This document shows positions 13,066 to 26,026 of a DNA stretch of 64,000 bases, one piece after another. Numbering within the stretch: the first letter of the stretch is position 1; each line of letters opens with the position of its first letter. The notes beneath the pieces are model-generated. The model saw only the letters and a program-made list of their open reading frames with translations, was not told the origin of the DNA and ran no database searches. A program made the position numbers and the translations under genes. This DNA comes from Eledone cirrhosa (lineage: Eukaryota): the NCBI GenBank assembly GCA_964016885.1, contig OZ024740.1:354826001-354890000 (forward strand), read 5' to 3'.

Positions 13066-13779
13066 TTAAACTTTTCTAGAGGAGATCTATACAGTGTAAT
13101 AAACATAGATGCTGATATGTGATTTATGAGAATTCTTGAGTGTGCTATTAACAAATTAAGATGACTGAATTCCTTTTTACACTTGTCACTATTAATAAGA
13201 ATAAATTGGAGGACCATGTCTTGCTCATACGTACGTTTTTGTTTTTGCATGATTTCTATGGATAGATGCCCTTTCTAACACCAACTCCTTTACAGAGTGT
13301 AGTGGGTACATTTTATTGTAGTACTAGCACTAGAGAGATTGCCTTGTCTCCTGTGAAATTAAGAGTCTTCTCTACTCTATATTGCTTCTGTACTTTCAAG
13401 GCAAACATGACTAAAAGAGTGAATAGAAGAGAGACGGATGACCAAGGTAGTGAAAGAAGAGAGAATATATATGTGATTGGGTGTTGGTGGCAGAATAATA
13501 GGAATGAGAGAGTGGTAGGAGAGAGTGTAAAGGATGAGAGAGACAGTGATTGCTACATGTTTGTAGTTAGTAAGGAGAATGAATTGAAAAATAGCATGGG
13601 CAGAGTGATGGGACAGCAATAAAGATAAGTGGAGCCAAACCCGTAGCCAGGTTTTCTGCCAGGTAATGCCATTCGAATATATGTTAAAACATGGGGATTC
13701 CAAAACAAAATAAAGAAATATTGTTTAGTAAAATATATATATTATTCCAAACAAAGACACATTATACAATGAAATGTCC

Positions 13780-14050
13780 AAAAAATAGTTTTCGTGGTTT
13801 CTTTAACCACTCATTTGCAAAGTCTTCAAATTTAATTTTTTCACATTCATCTTTTTCAAAAAAGATGTATGTCAAATTGCATTCTTTGTAAGGTGACTTC
13901 TTCTTTGTGGTGAGTCTATGTGAGCCATAGCAGAAAACAGGCATTCAACGCTTGACATACTATTGCCACATGTTAATACAATTCTGTATAGCATTATTAT
14001 TGAAATCTTGTTTGATGACATGGCTGGAATACCTTTCACAAAAAAGAATT
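13780..14050 (-). pseudogene. hAT transposase C-terminal dimerisation-domain relic, frameshifted
   Basis: Two overlapping frames give LYRIVLTCGNSMSSVECLFSAMAHIDSPQRRS and NLTYIFFEKD...FEDFANEWLKKPRKL, matching the hATC pattern (SxERxFS...R...L) by eye. Confidence 0.6.
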
Positions 14051-14089
14051 TCTGAGACAATTTGACGCAAGAAATAATGATTTCTGATT

Positions 14090-14283
14090 TAGACACAAGG
14101 CCAATAATTTAAGGGAGAGGAAAGTCAAATAAAATGGCCCCAGTGCATTACTGGTTCTCTATTTTATAGACCCCATAAGAATGAAAAGCAAAGCTAACCT
14201 CGGCAGGATTTGAACACAGAATGTAAAAGGACATAACTATATGCTGCAAAACGTGTTGTCTGATGCTCTACCGATACTGCCAA
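14090..14283 (-). mobile_element. tRNA-derived SINE
   Basis: Reverse complement of the 3429 family. Confidence 0.75.
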
Positions 14284-14410
14284 GATACAAGAAATAATGA
14301 ATCAGCAGTAGTTTTTGAGTGGGAGTTATCTTATTATCACCAGCAGGACGAAAGGCCTCAGTGGTATTTCAATTCAGAATGTAAAGAGACATAACTAACT
14401 ACCATAATAA

Positions 14411-14598
14411 GTGGATTGGCAGTATCGGTAGAGGCTTGGACGCCATGCTTTGCAGCAAAGAGTTACGGCCCTTTATGGTCTGAGTTCAAATCCTGCCGAG
14501 GTTAACTTTGCCTTTCATCCTTACAGGGGTCGATAAAATAAAGTACCAGTAATGCACTGGGATAATTGCTGGCCTTGTGCCAAAAGTAGAAATAATAA
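14411..14598 (+). mobile_element. tRNA-derived SINE, full length
   Basis: Very similar to the 3429 and 55127 copies. Confidence 0.85.
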
Positions 14599-16109
14599 TA
14601 AAATCATGCTGAGGGAACAAAATACTACAAGTGCTTGAGAGTCAAATCCCTCTCAAACAGGCTTTTCATCAGGCTCAAGTGCACAGGGGGGTGGGGAGAG
14701 AGCTTCAGAACATTCTGGGTGAGCCATCTAATCCAAGGAACATATTTCAGGGTATTTTTTATAAACTTTATTTTCTTAATTTGAGTTTGAAGGTGCACCA
14801 TTGAAAGGTAAGGGTGATGGGGGCTGTACCATTCAGTATTAACCCCTTCCCCAGTAACAGGCCAACTCTCAAAAGAATGGCTCTTTTCTTTGATTTTAGA
14901 ATACTTCATCATCAAGTACTTCAAATGGTTGAACATATTTGCTGTAAGGTAGAAGAGAACTTTAATGTTTTAGAACAGTGTTAGTCTCTTCAGATTATAC
15001 AGTTTTAATCCTTAAAGTAGCTTTTAATTCTTGAACTTTTTTCTCATAATGTCAACTATATTTTCTTAACTTGCTAAGCATTTTGCTCAGGTCATAATAT
15101 AATTACTATAGCAAGGGTTAGTGCTATATCATTATGCCAACTAAATAACTACTTATGGTGCAGACTGCAAAATGTGTGTAGAACTAACATGATTTGAAAA
15201 TCAAAGTTGTTGAATTTTGTGTGTATGTGTGTTGGGATGTTAGAATTTGTCAAATATTACTATATAATGAGTAGTTCAGCTAGCTTACTGCTAGGGCCGG
15301 TGATATTATTAAGGCCAACTAGGGTACAGACTGCAGAGAGGTGCATTACTGAACCTTAATGGATCACAGTTTAATAAAAATCTGTATAATTAACTCTTAA
15401 CACCCTAAAATGGTTTAGCAGAAAATATCTAAAAATGGGCTTGTTAAATCAAATGTTTATAGTATCTTTACTAGTGGCCAGGACAAATGTATATAATAAA
15501 TAAATCGCTAAACATCTTTGCTGCAGAAAGAAGATTATTGTGGAAATACCGAAAGTGGTGGAGAGGGTCGTATGGTGTTATGAATTATCACATGATTTAT
15601 TGTTAGTGTGGAGTATGTAGTGAAAAATGCAGATTTAATATGATCAGAGCAAGAAGTTTAAAAAACTAGATAACCAAACTAAGTTAAAGTTATACTATTT
15701 GGGAGAATGGGGTATATATTGTAAGAGCTAACTAGCCTAGGATGCTAAATATCCAGCTGTCAGAGCCAACACGTCTCTTATCAATACGTATCCTATATAA
15801 ATCCCAAATGAACATTGACATGGAGAATGTAAATTAAGATACATTATTTTGAGTAGGGCATTGATCTTATTGAAAACTCAAAAAGTTGGACAAACATTAG
15901 CCAAATCTCATCCTTTTTTTTTTAATTTGATGATTGCAAGAATTATTATAGAGAAACTGTATAAAGTAAAGACTGACTGTCCTTAGTGATTTCAGATAAA
16001 TCAATCTGAAAAAAATAAAAATAAAAAAAAGAACATAAATTTTCATAAGAAAATGTATCTATTTTCTTGAGAGTAAAGTTTTGGAGAAGGTATGAGAGGA
16101 GTGGGTAGA

Positions 16110-16172
16110 TGCACAGCGCGACGACTAAATGCGCATGCGCTTGAACGTAAACATGGCAGCAAATAGGCAAGT
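16110..16172 (+). promoter_or_regulatory. candidate housekeeping-gene promoter / first exon
   Basis: TGCGCATGCGC at 16130-16140 (NRF1-type consensus), AAACATGGCAG at 16149-16159 (YY1-like, contains ATG 16153), at the start of a CpG-richer zone. Confidence 0.5.
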
Positions 16173-16748
16173 GTGAAATTTTCAATGTTGTTTGTTATAA
16201 AGACTTTAATGAATATCTATGAACGACTTTGATACAAGTTGGGATTTTTACAATACGAAAGAAAAATAAAGGAAAGTACACATACAAAAAAACAATATAA
16301 GTGGAAAACAAACAAACAATTTGTAAGCTGTCCAAAATAGGTATGTCTTCGTATTTTCACTCATGGTAAATAGATTAATGTAAAGAAAAAATATCAAGTA
16401 AAAAAAAAAAAGGGGAAAAGACACGAAGAAAACAACGAACGAGTGAAGTCTGTCATCGGTGTTCTTCGCGGAGGAGGACTACCTCTTACTCGCTCTGATT
16501 TGTAACGTAATTACTGACTAAAATCAACGGCCGTCACCAATGCATGTTACTGTCTAAGAAATTATTTATCTGATTTTTTCTCCACTTGTTTTTGCTCTTT
16601 TCTTAAGTCGGTGTCCGAAATGTGTTAGAAGTTGGGGCAATTTGTGTAAGCTTTGTGGCGTGTTTTGTTACGTTTGTTGTTTTCCTTCAACGAGGCTTAT
16701 CTGTTGAATGCAGCTGACATCCTTAACTCCTGATTCCCTACTTTTCAG

Positions 16749-16840
16749 AGGAAAGGTGATGGAATGCCCCGTTCATTCAGCTTCTACAACAACAAAGCGT
16801 GGAAAAATAACAATACAAATAAACGGTTATTTAAACTGCG
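16749..16840 (+). CDS. candidate exon of an unidentified host gene
   Basis: Acceptor CCCTACTTTTCAG, donor G|GTAATT; open in two frames (GKVMECPVHSASTTTKRGKITIQINGYLNC in one); no homology recognised. Confidence 0.3.
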
Positions 16841-16876
16841 GTAATTGAAAATATGTCAACGAATGTGTGTGCGTAT

Positions 16877-17189
16877 ATATGTATATATATATATATTATA
16901 TATATATATAGAGAGAGAGATAGATAGCTATATATATATATAGAGAGAGAGAGAGAGATAGATAGCTATATATATATATATAGAGAGAGAGAGATAGCTA
17001 TATATATATATAGAGAGAGAGAGAGAGATAGATAGCTATATATATATATATAGAGAGAGAGAGATAGATAGCTATATATATATATATAGAGAGAGAGAGA
17101 TAGATAGCTATATATATAGAGAGAGAGATAGATAGATAGATAGATAGCTATAGATATATATATATATATATAGAGAGAGAGATAGCTAG

Positions 17190-17227
<38 letters not shown>

Positions 17228-17256
17228 ACACACACACATATATATGTGTGTGTGTA
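16877..17256. repeat. compound minisatellite (TA)n(GA)n-TAGATAGC
   Basis: Higher-order unit repeated about 8 times. Confidence 0.9.
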
Positions 17257-19404
17257 TGGTACATTTATACAATTGCACCCGTCTTGTGTTGGAAGTGAAA
17301 TTTATGTTTTGCATATGCTTTTTAATGTTTTTTGAACGAATTTAGCCTTCAAAGCTGTCGGAAATTAATATTTTTTTTAGTTAACTGTTAGCGGGAGGGG
17401 CACCCTCGGAGTTCTCGGATTTTTGAGGTGAATATTACACCGGTTATGTTTTGGAGGTGAAAACAGTTTTCCCTATTGTTTTTGATGTTTTGAATGAGTA
17501 ATTGTAGCAATTTACCACTCACGCACTTATATATATATAATATTTGAACGGATAAACAATCTCATCTGCTGTCTCTGTATTAATTAGTAATGATATTGAA
17601 TCGTTTTACTTGGTACTACTGTGGAGTGTATAGATTAGATCGTTTGTCCATATATATATATATATATATTCGTTGCCAGATGTACTTTTTAATTACTGTA
17701 GTTACAATACAAGATAACCGATTACACTATAGTACCGTGCTTGGGGTGTTGTAGAAGGGCTGTAAAACAAACATTTTATTCTTGACATGCCCCCTACACA
17801 ATCTTTGCTTAATTTTATGTATTGTATTGTCCGTACGATTATCTTGTTTAACTTTTGTTTTCACTCTTATTTAAAAGAAAAGTAGCAGCAATAATGGTTA
17901 TATATGATTACATAATTCACATGTAATTTTGCTTTGTTATATATAACATACATACTCACATTTAGCTAGATGGTTTATCAAACATAAAGATAATTATCTT
18001 GCCTTTCACCTGTGCAATAACACCATCAAAGCATAAGCATAGTGCCGCTATCTCTTATATATTTCTATCTCCCCCTCATCTGATTATTCTAGTTATTTAT
18101 TTCTCCTTTATCTTAGAATATCTATCATCATAACGATTCAAATATACATGAAGTTTTCTTAGTTTCTTTTCATGTTTGTCGTCTATTTAATTCATATCGT
18201 TCTTGGAGAGTCGGCTGCAAATATCTAGTTTATTGTCATGTAACAGCCCACGCTTTTTCGCCGTGTGTCACCAGACAGATTCCACGTGTGACAAATAAGT
18301 GGACTAGATTCTTTGGAGAACCACTTGTTTTCTTCATCTCTTCGCTCGCTTCCTTCGGCATCGTTTCTTTAGATTTCATTCACCAGTGGTTATCTCTCTA
18401 CACGACTTGATGCCATATCGTTCTGTTGACCCTCCCCCATCATTTCTTTTAAAAATTATATATATTTTTAAAGATATAAACTACAATGGTGGTTAGGATC
18501 TTTCATATCTGGAAACTGTCCCAAACCGATATCTAGCCAGTACGGATTTCTGGACAGATACATGAACGTGTGTTGTAGCAATGTTAACTACTGTCTCCTC
18601 CCTGTGATCTACACCCACCACTATACCCCAAATTCTTCGTTAAGTTATAGGTTATATTTATTCTTATCGGTTTCATATTATTGTCTTTACGTAATAGATT
18701 GGAAAAGCTATTGAATCACTTAGTTGCATCAATATAGTTTGTCTGTTAGTTGAGTTGTAATGTTTTTATTCACAGTAATTAGAGTGTATATTACTCATTG
18801 TAGTTAAATATTTAAGTACTTCTCCGTGACTAATAATATGTTTAGTAAATTTGAACCGATTGTTTTATTTTGACCTCAAACATTTTTCTTTTTACAAGCG
18901 ACTTAAAACTCATTTTAATAACGAACAAATATTAGTTATGGGTTCATCAAAACGAGAATAAACTCCAACAACTGGAGACCTAAGCCAATTATATATAATC
19001 ATATGTAGCTTGTGTCTAATTCTTTCGTAGTTTTTGTTATAAATTTCTTCTTTGATGTATAGCCGGTATATCATTCAATTTCTGCTCTTAGTCTTCTGAT
19101 ATCGTACCTTTTGATACATTATCCTATGTATTATCACCTCATATAGAAGTCCTACTGATTAAAATTGCTTCCGCCTTGTTTTATTTATTTATTAGATATT
19201 TAATCGTGTTTAAATATTTTTACATAATGCATGTTATCATTAGTTATGTGCTCATCACATAGCAGTTTATATATAAATGATAAAAACGCACCATTATTCA
19301 ACTGGTGTTTAAAGAGAATTCAGTGGTTACTGCTTGGGTGGGAAGAGGATTTTGTTTGTTTCATGTTATAAATTCCCTCACTTTTTTTTGTATAACATAA
19401 AAGA

Positions 19405-19800
19405 GTTTGGTAGAATTGTTAGTGCGTCGGATGAAATGGATTGCAGTATTTCGTTACGGTCCTCTACGTTCTGGTTTCAAATTTCGTCGAGGTTAACTTT
19501 GTCTTTTACTCTTTCGGGATCGATAAAATAAAATATCAATAAAGTACGGAGGTCGATTTAATCGACTTTACACTTCCCCAAATTGCTTGCCTTGTACTTG
19601 AATTAGAAATCATTGATTGGCAGTATCGGTAGAGAGTCGGACTCCATGCTTTGAAGCATAGAGTTACGTCCCTTTATGATCTGAGTTCAAATCCCGCCGA
19701 GGTTAACTTTGCCTTTCATCCTTACGGGGTCAATAAAATAAAGTACCAGTAATGTACTGGATAATTGCTGGCTTTGTGCCTAAAAATAGAAACAATTATA
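19405..19800 (+). mobile_element. two tandem tRNA-derived SINEs
   Basis: Older copy ~19405-19612, then a younger copy 19615-19800. Confidence 0.8.
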
Positions 19801-20764
19801 ATTATTTAGTCAATAGGACCGTAGCAATGTAGCTCAAATCCTGTCACGGTGTCCTTTGCTTTCAGTCTCTCCGAGGGATATAAAGTACCTTCTATATTAA
19901 GTTGATACTGTTGATTGTGGCTATTACAGTAGTCTCACTGTTTTTGAATGATCAATCCATAGATGGGAGCCTATTGCTTTAACGCCTAACAAATGCTACT
20001 GGTAACGGTGATGGTACTAGGGTTACATTAATGTCCATGAAACTGGGATTAGGGTGGGGTGGCGGTGTTAGACGCTATAAGCCCCCTCCCCACCATCTTC
20101 TATCCGACTGTGAAACTGAGAATTAAAGGAACACCATCCTCATGCATAACCACCCCATTTCCATCAGTTTCCATTCAATAACATAATTAATTTTACATTT
20201 AATTATGGAATTGTGATTATTGCCAATTAACTTCTTGTGTGTCCTTCATTGATAACTTCCCGCATCCCGAAAAAAAGAAAAGAAAAAGGAAACTGCTTAG
20301 TTTCGACTGCTAAACTTTTTATTACACGTATCTATTGTGAATGGAAAAAATTCACGCTTTTGGCTCGGAAAAAATTATACCGGAATTTAAGTGTTTTAAA
20401 TAAATTATGATGTTTAAATAAAATATGATTTTTCTCCTGTGATTTTTAAACAATTTCCCTCTGCTACTTACACATTCCTCCCTGAAGGTTTTTTTTTTAA
20501 ATTTCTTTTTCTGGTTGGCGGTGAGGTATGTATGAGTCAGGAAAATTAAACATTAGAAATTACCAGGGCTTTACATTTCCTCCACTTATTAATTAATATC
20601 TATGACAAGTCGATTTCTAGAAGTGAACTTTGTGTGTGTAAACTTTTCAGTGATTTTACATTTTTATTTGATTATCTTAATGTCAACAGAACAAATGAAT
20701 GGGTAGATTTAACTTTTCGCTTTACATGATATTATTTTTTCACGGTAAATATTTTGTTATGTGA

Positions 20765-21060
20765 AGGCGCGGGATTTTGTGGTTAAAGTGTTCGGCTCAT
20801 GATCATAAGGCCGTGAGTTATATTCCCGCGGCGTGTTGTGTCATCATGTTGTTCCAGTCCACTCAGCTGGCAAAAATAAATTGTACCTATTTTTCAAAGA
20901 GTCAGTTTTGTCACACATTGTGACACGTTGAATCTCTCTCAGAACGACGATAGGGATACACGTGTCTGTGGAATGCTCAGTCACTGGCGCGTTAATTTCA
21001 CGAGCAGCAACGTTCCGTTGTTCCAACAACTGGAACACCCGTTGTCAGAATAGACGGAGC
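20765..21060 (+). mobile_element. second tRNA-derived SINE family
   Basis: tRNA-like head GTGGTTAAAGTGTTCGGCTCATGATCATAAGGCCGTGAGTT; its body is homologous to the minus-strand copy at ~36370-36560. Confidence 0.6.
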
Positions 21061-21331
21061 TTTGCAATATTTTGTGGATCATTAAATTACATAACACTAT
21101 TACGTTTCATTTCTCTGTTCTGTGTCTCAGCCCTGCCAAAGCTGATTTTGCCCCCATCTTTTCGGAGGAAGGTGTACTAAAGTGAAACATGTAAAATAAA
21201 ACGCAATCTAATTGTAAGCTCGAGCCGGTTTTAAGGGTCAGTATTTTCGCATCAAACCATGAGAGCATGCTATTCCATTTCAAGAAATATCTTAACCCAG
21301 CATGTCTATACAATGAATAGATGGAGTAGAC

Positions 21332-21498
21332 CAGGGTTTTCCAAATGTTTTCAAACGCTGAACCCTTTTAGGTTCAGAAACTTTTGGGGGAACCCCAAAG
21401 TCTTATACTGTTATATGGTCGTAATATAAATATACTCCTCTACCTTTTTTCATGGAACCCCAGGCAATCCTTTGCGGAACCCACTTTGGGAACCACTG
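21332..21498. mobile_element. hAT (Charlie-like) MITE
   Basis: Perfect 8-bp TSD GAGTAGAC (21324-31 and 21499-506); imperfect TIR CAGGGTTTTCCAAA / TTTGGGAACCACTG. Confidence 0.85.
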
Positions 21499-21707
21499 GA
21501 GTAGACTATATGCCACCCTCTAAAACCTTACTTAAGTCACAGTTTGTGTGTCCCAGAAGTTATGTTGTATTTTCATCATCTTATCTAAATTTTAAAGAAA
21601 TTAAACAAACAAAACCTTAAAAATCATTGGACATCAATATTTAGAAAGATGACTATTTTAAGTAATCAATCAATCCTGATTTTATGCATATATTTTAGTT
21701 AGGTAAA

Positions 21708-21815
21708 TAATTGTTTCTACTTTAGGCACAAGGCCAGCTATTATCCCAGTGCATTACTGGTACTTTATTTTATCGACCCCGTAAGGATGAAAGGCAAAGT
21801 CAACCTCGGCGGGAT
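21708..21815 (-). mobile_element. SINE, 3' half
   Basis: Reverse complement of the 3429 family tail. Confidence 0.8.
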
Positions 21816-22512
21816 GTAAATAATATGTATATCTGTGTGCGTGTAACTACAGTCATGACTGTGAGGTTAAGAAATTCTATTTGTAAGTTTGATCCCACTG
21901 GAAAAGTGTCTTCCACTATAAGCCTTGGGCTTTTGTGGATAAATTTGGTAGATGGAAACTGATGAAGTGTGTGTGCGCGCCTCTGTGTATCTTTGCGTTG
22001 TCATCACTTGGGAAAGAGTTATGAGGCAAGTCAAAGTGAGTGCATCTTGATCATGCGCTTGGTTTTGTACGATTAAATGCCCTTCCTAATACCACCCACC
22101 TTACAGGGTGAGCTGCGTGCTTTTTGTTGTGGCACCAGCATTACCACCTTACAGGGTGGACTGGGTATGTTTTATAATATAAAAAGGAGAAAGAGCAAGT
22201 ATCAAACTACATGTTGCTTGCTGTGTCAGAGGGGTGGGCTTGAAGTGAGTGGTTGCACATGGAAGTGGGTTGTAGAATGTGTCCTGCTCTCCATGCATGC
22301 GTACATGGGTTGGACAAGACAGGAGCAGGGGGAACACATCATTGTTAAACAACTAATTTCCATGTCTGTCTGGACTAGGTAGGCTGTCAGTTCTCTAAGA
22401 CTAGGCTGGACATAGAGGAAGACATCCCACCGCGGGAGAAGGAAGCACCATGACCCTGAACAAGTGAGTGGTGTCATATGTTGGATATTCCTAACTTCTA
22501 TTTCTAATTCTT

Positions 22513-22569
<57 letters not shown>

Positions 22570-22667
22570 TAACAGATTAACTTTTTGCTCTACGGTTCTT
22601 ATATATTTGATATATATTTATCCTTATCGAGCCCTCTTTGGATTTTAGTCTTCAAATTTATTATTAT

Positions 22668-22705
<38 letters not shown>

Positions 22706-22743
22706 TAGCGAGGTTTTTTATATGAAATCGTGTGTCGAAACAA

Positions 22744-23204
22744 ATATTGTTATACTTGGGGAGGGTCATATTTGTGTAATATTGCCAGAATTAATAACAG
22801 AACACACTCACTGTTTGGTTGGTTTTCGCTTCTCGCTGTCTTTTATATCTGTAATCTAGCTTACTCGGTCCTCAATGTTGCCATTGACTGACCGACGGTC
22901 AAAAATATCACAGATACAATATAGACATAAACACATATATATAGTTTACATAATTTACATAAATCTTTCGTTGCACATCTGCAACATCGTCAGTGGTGTT
23001 ATATTTTCCTCCTGTTGTGTTTATGTCTATATTGTATCTGTGATATTTTTGACCGTCGGTCAAATGGCAACATTGAGGACCGAGTAAGCTAGATTACAGA
23101 TATAAAAGACAGCGAGAAGCGAAAACCAACCAAACAGTGAGTGTGTTCTGTTATTAATTCTGGCAATATTACACAAATATGACCCTCCCCAAGTATAACA
23201 ATAT
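22744..23204. repeat. long inverted repeat (~190-bp arms, 80-bp spacer) between (TA)n tracts
   Basis: 22744-22935 is the reverse complement of 23016-23204 apart from one 3-nt indel. Confidence 0.95.
22958..22996 (-). ncRNA. hammerhead ribozyme core with weak stem I
   Basis: Minus strand: CA-CUGACGA-U-GUUGCA(GAUG)UGCAAC-GAAA-GAUU-UA-UG; 6-bp stem II, only 2-bp stem I. Confidence 0.55.
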
Positions 23205-23212
23205 ATAAATAT

Positions 23213-23244
<32 letters not shown>

Positions 23245-23684
23245 CATAGATGGAGTTATATACACACACACTCTCTCTATTCCATGATTTGCTCCTGTAT
23301 AGCAGGCAAATCTCATTCGGGTTATTCTCTGTGATGGTTTTCTATTTTGCCATGCTCTTTTGTACACACAAACGCGCGCAAAATCATTAAATACACCACC
23401 TTAGCAAAAGTCCCAAATTTATAAATTAAACAGAAATTATCTGAATGAGATGTTTGAAGGGGGTGTTATTTTGTTCGGATAGCTGATCTGATCGCAAACA
23501 AAAGAAGCCAAGCTGAAAATAATTATGTAAAACACATGTTTGTAGAGTTTTATGTGTTTTCCAGTGTTGTATGTACTCTTGTGAAATCTTTGACGCGTTT
23601 TCACAAAGATCCAGACATTAAAATATCACTTTTCTGTTCGGGTGTTATTGGTGTTCCCTTTTTCTTCTACCTATGTCTATCAAG

Positions 23685-24020
23685 GCAGCGAATTGGCAGA
23701 GTCATTAGAACGTCGGATAACATGTTTTGTGGGCCTTCGTTCTGGCTCTCTGCTCACTTGCGTTCAAATTTCGTCAGAGATCAACTTTGCCTTTCTTTTT
23801 TTTTTAGGTTGATAAAAAAAAAAGGTACCAGTCTAGTATGGGGGGGGGGGGGGGATTCTTCCTCTATATATCTTTCTCACTTCTCTGTATCACTCTCTGG
23901 AAGAAATCTGCTGTGTTCAGATCTGGAGAGGCGATGGGCCCTGCCAGGTTTTAAAATGTTCCTCGAAATGCCGTATGTCAATATAGCACCCCTATAACTT
24001 CATCAGGAGTTACGGGTTCA
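23685..24020 (+). mobile_element. SINE, long-tail subfamily, near full length
   Basis: GGCAGCGAATTGGCAGAGTCATTAG head, GTTCAAATTTCG B-box, shared tail. Confidence 0.75.
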
Positions 24021-24290
24021 CGCCATACCATGTGCATCAATTCATTTTTAAATTTGAAGAATATAGTGAGATAGATAAACCTTTTCATTATTAAGCTGAT
24101 GTTTGAAAGATTACTTAAATAAAATTATAGTGGAAGGTTTTAATATAATATGAACCTTTTAAAATGAGTAGCTGTGTATCATAAACCCAGGGTAGTTTCA
24201 GGTGGATTGGTATCAAAAGGGGACAACAGAGTTGTAGCGGCAATGAAAACAGAACTGCTATTTCATGACAGTCATTTTGAAAATTTTTAC

Positions 24291-24646
24291 TACTAGAATT
24301 TTTTTCAACACATTGACGCGTATGTGTATATGTGTGTGTGTATGTATATGTGCATATGCATACATTTATATGTATGAGTATATAAATATAAACACACAAC
24401 CACCGACACATTTACAAAAATACACACTCACACACATACATTCACATAAATACACATACATTCACACACACACATTTACACAAACACATACACTCACACA
24501 GCGTAGCAAATGAAACGCCAACCGCTGTTTTGCTATAGTTTTTTCACCATCCCCTTCCTTCCTTTTACACACACACATACATTCACATAAACACACATAC
24601 ATATTGTGTGACGAACGGACGGTAGTCGTTCAAATTTATATAGAGA
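24291..24646 (+). mobile_element. CA-microsatellite-containing repeat, copy 1 (possibly Helitron/Helentron-type non-autonomous)
   Basis: Direct homologue of 24991-25326; starts ACTAGA and ends GACGG...TTTATATAGAGAT. Confidence 0.45.
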
Positions 24647-24990
24647 TTACACACGTTTATAAAACGTTTGTTGGGGGAGTTCTCGAGTGAAGTATCACAG
24701 AAAACGTGTACTTTTCGATGGATTTGAAGTCTATATTCATTTAAAACACATTAAAAAAATCATAGGAAAACATATTTTTCATTTTCAAAATTCTAACCAA
24801 ACCTATCAACTTACTACCCTTGAAATAAAAAGAAAATGATGCATTAAACTATTTTAACATTGTTTAAGTTCATTGACTGAGATGAGACCAGTGAACTGAT
24901 CGATACATAGTGCTTTTAATAACTAAGCAAAATATGTCATCGCTGCACCAGTATCAGTGTTTTTTTAGTAATTTCATTTCATTTTTAATG

Positions 24991-25326
24991 AACTAAGATT
25001 TTTTTTCAACACGCTGACGCGTATGTGTATATATGTGTGCATGTACATATGCATACATTTATATCTATGAGTATATAAATATAAACGTGCAAACTCAGAC
25101 ACACTTACAAAAACACACTCTCAGACATACATTTGCACATGCACTCACACACACAGCGTAGCAAATGGAACGCCAGTTGCTGTTTTGCTATAGTTTTTTC
25201 ACCACCCCTTCCTTCCTTTACACACACATACATTCACGCAAACACACACACACACACACATTCACGCAAACACACACACACACATTGTGTGACGGACGGA
25301 AGTTGCTTAAATTTATATATAGAAGA
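24991..25326 (+). mobile_element. CA-microsatellite-containing repeat, copy 2
   Basis: Shares TGACGCGTATGTGTAT, GCGTAGCAAATG and GCTGTTTTGCTATAGTTTTTTCACCA blocks with copy 1. Confidence 0.45.
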
Positions 25327-26026
25327 CACTGGCTATGATTTTCAAATAATTTTGAAAATAATCAAGTTTAGTGGGATTTAGTCATATACCTTTTTCATTA
25401 AGTTTCACTTACATTAAATTGTAATGGAGGTTTTTTTTTATAGATAAATAAATAAATGAAAACTGGGCAGTTTAATGTGGTTCGTTATCAAAAAGATTTA
25501 TCATTGTAAACAAAACAAAATGGTAACATCAGTATTATCCTCTAGTTTGGGTTACACACAGTATAACTAATTAATTATTCACTGGACCATGAGATTTAGT
25601 TAAGATAATCCGAATGATTGAAGTTTGGATATCCAAGGTTTGACTTTAGAATTATAATACAGACAAATTTCCAATATACATTAAGACAATATAAATACAA
25701 TATGAAGGATATCCCCTAGGTTTCGGAAACTACTATCATTTTTTAAACTGGTTTCAGTCATTAAACTCTGGCTATGCTGGGACATTTCTTTAAAGAGCTT
25801 TTAATTGGTCATATCAACCCCAGTACTTATTATTTGAAGCCTAGTACAGAAAATAAACACACACATGGTCACACACAAACACTTTCTACTGTCTCTGCCT
25901 AATAAATTCCCCTCACAAGGGACTGGTCAACCCAAGGCATAAGACATTTGCCCTAGATGCCACACAGTGAGACTGAACCTGAAACCATGTGACTGCGAAG
26001 CTTAACCACGTGCCTATTAATAACTA

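Noticed and set aside
14896-14941. Minus-strand exon-like segment (CTTACAG|C-KYVQPFEVLDDEVF*) and ORF 14625..14936
   Set aside because: No partner exons or recognisable homology, and the ORF appears to run into repeat-like sequence; cannot be supported without RNA data
22586-22632. Possible decayed hammerhead on the minus strand between TA runs (GCUC...GAACCGUAGAGC)
   Set aside because: The CUGANGA box is not recognisable
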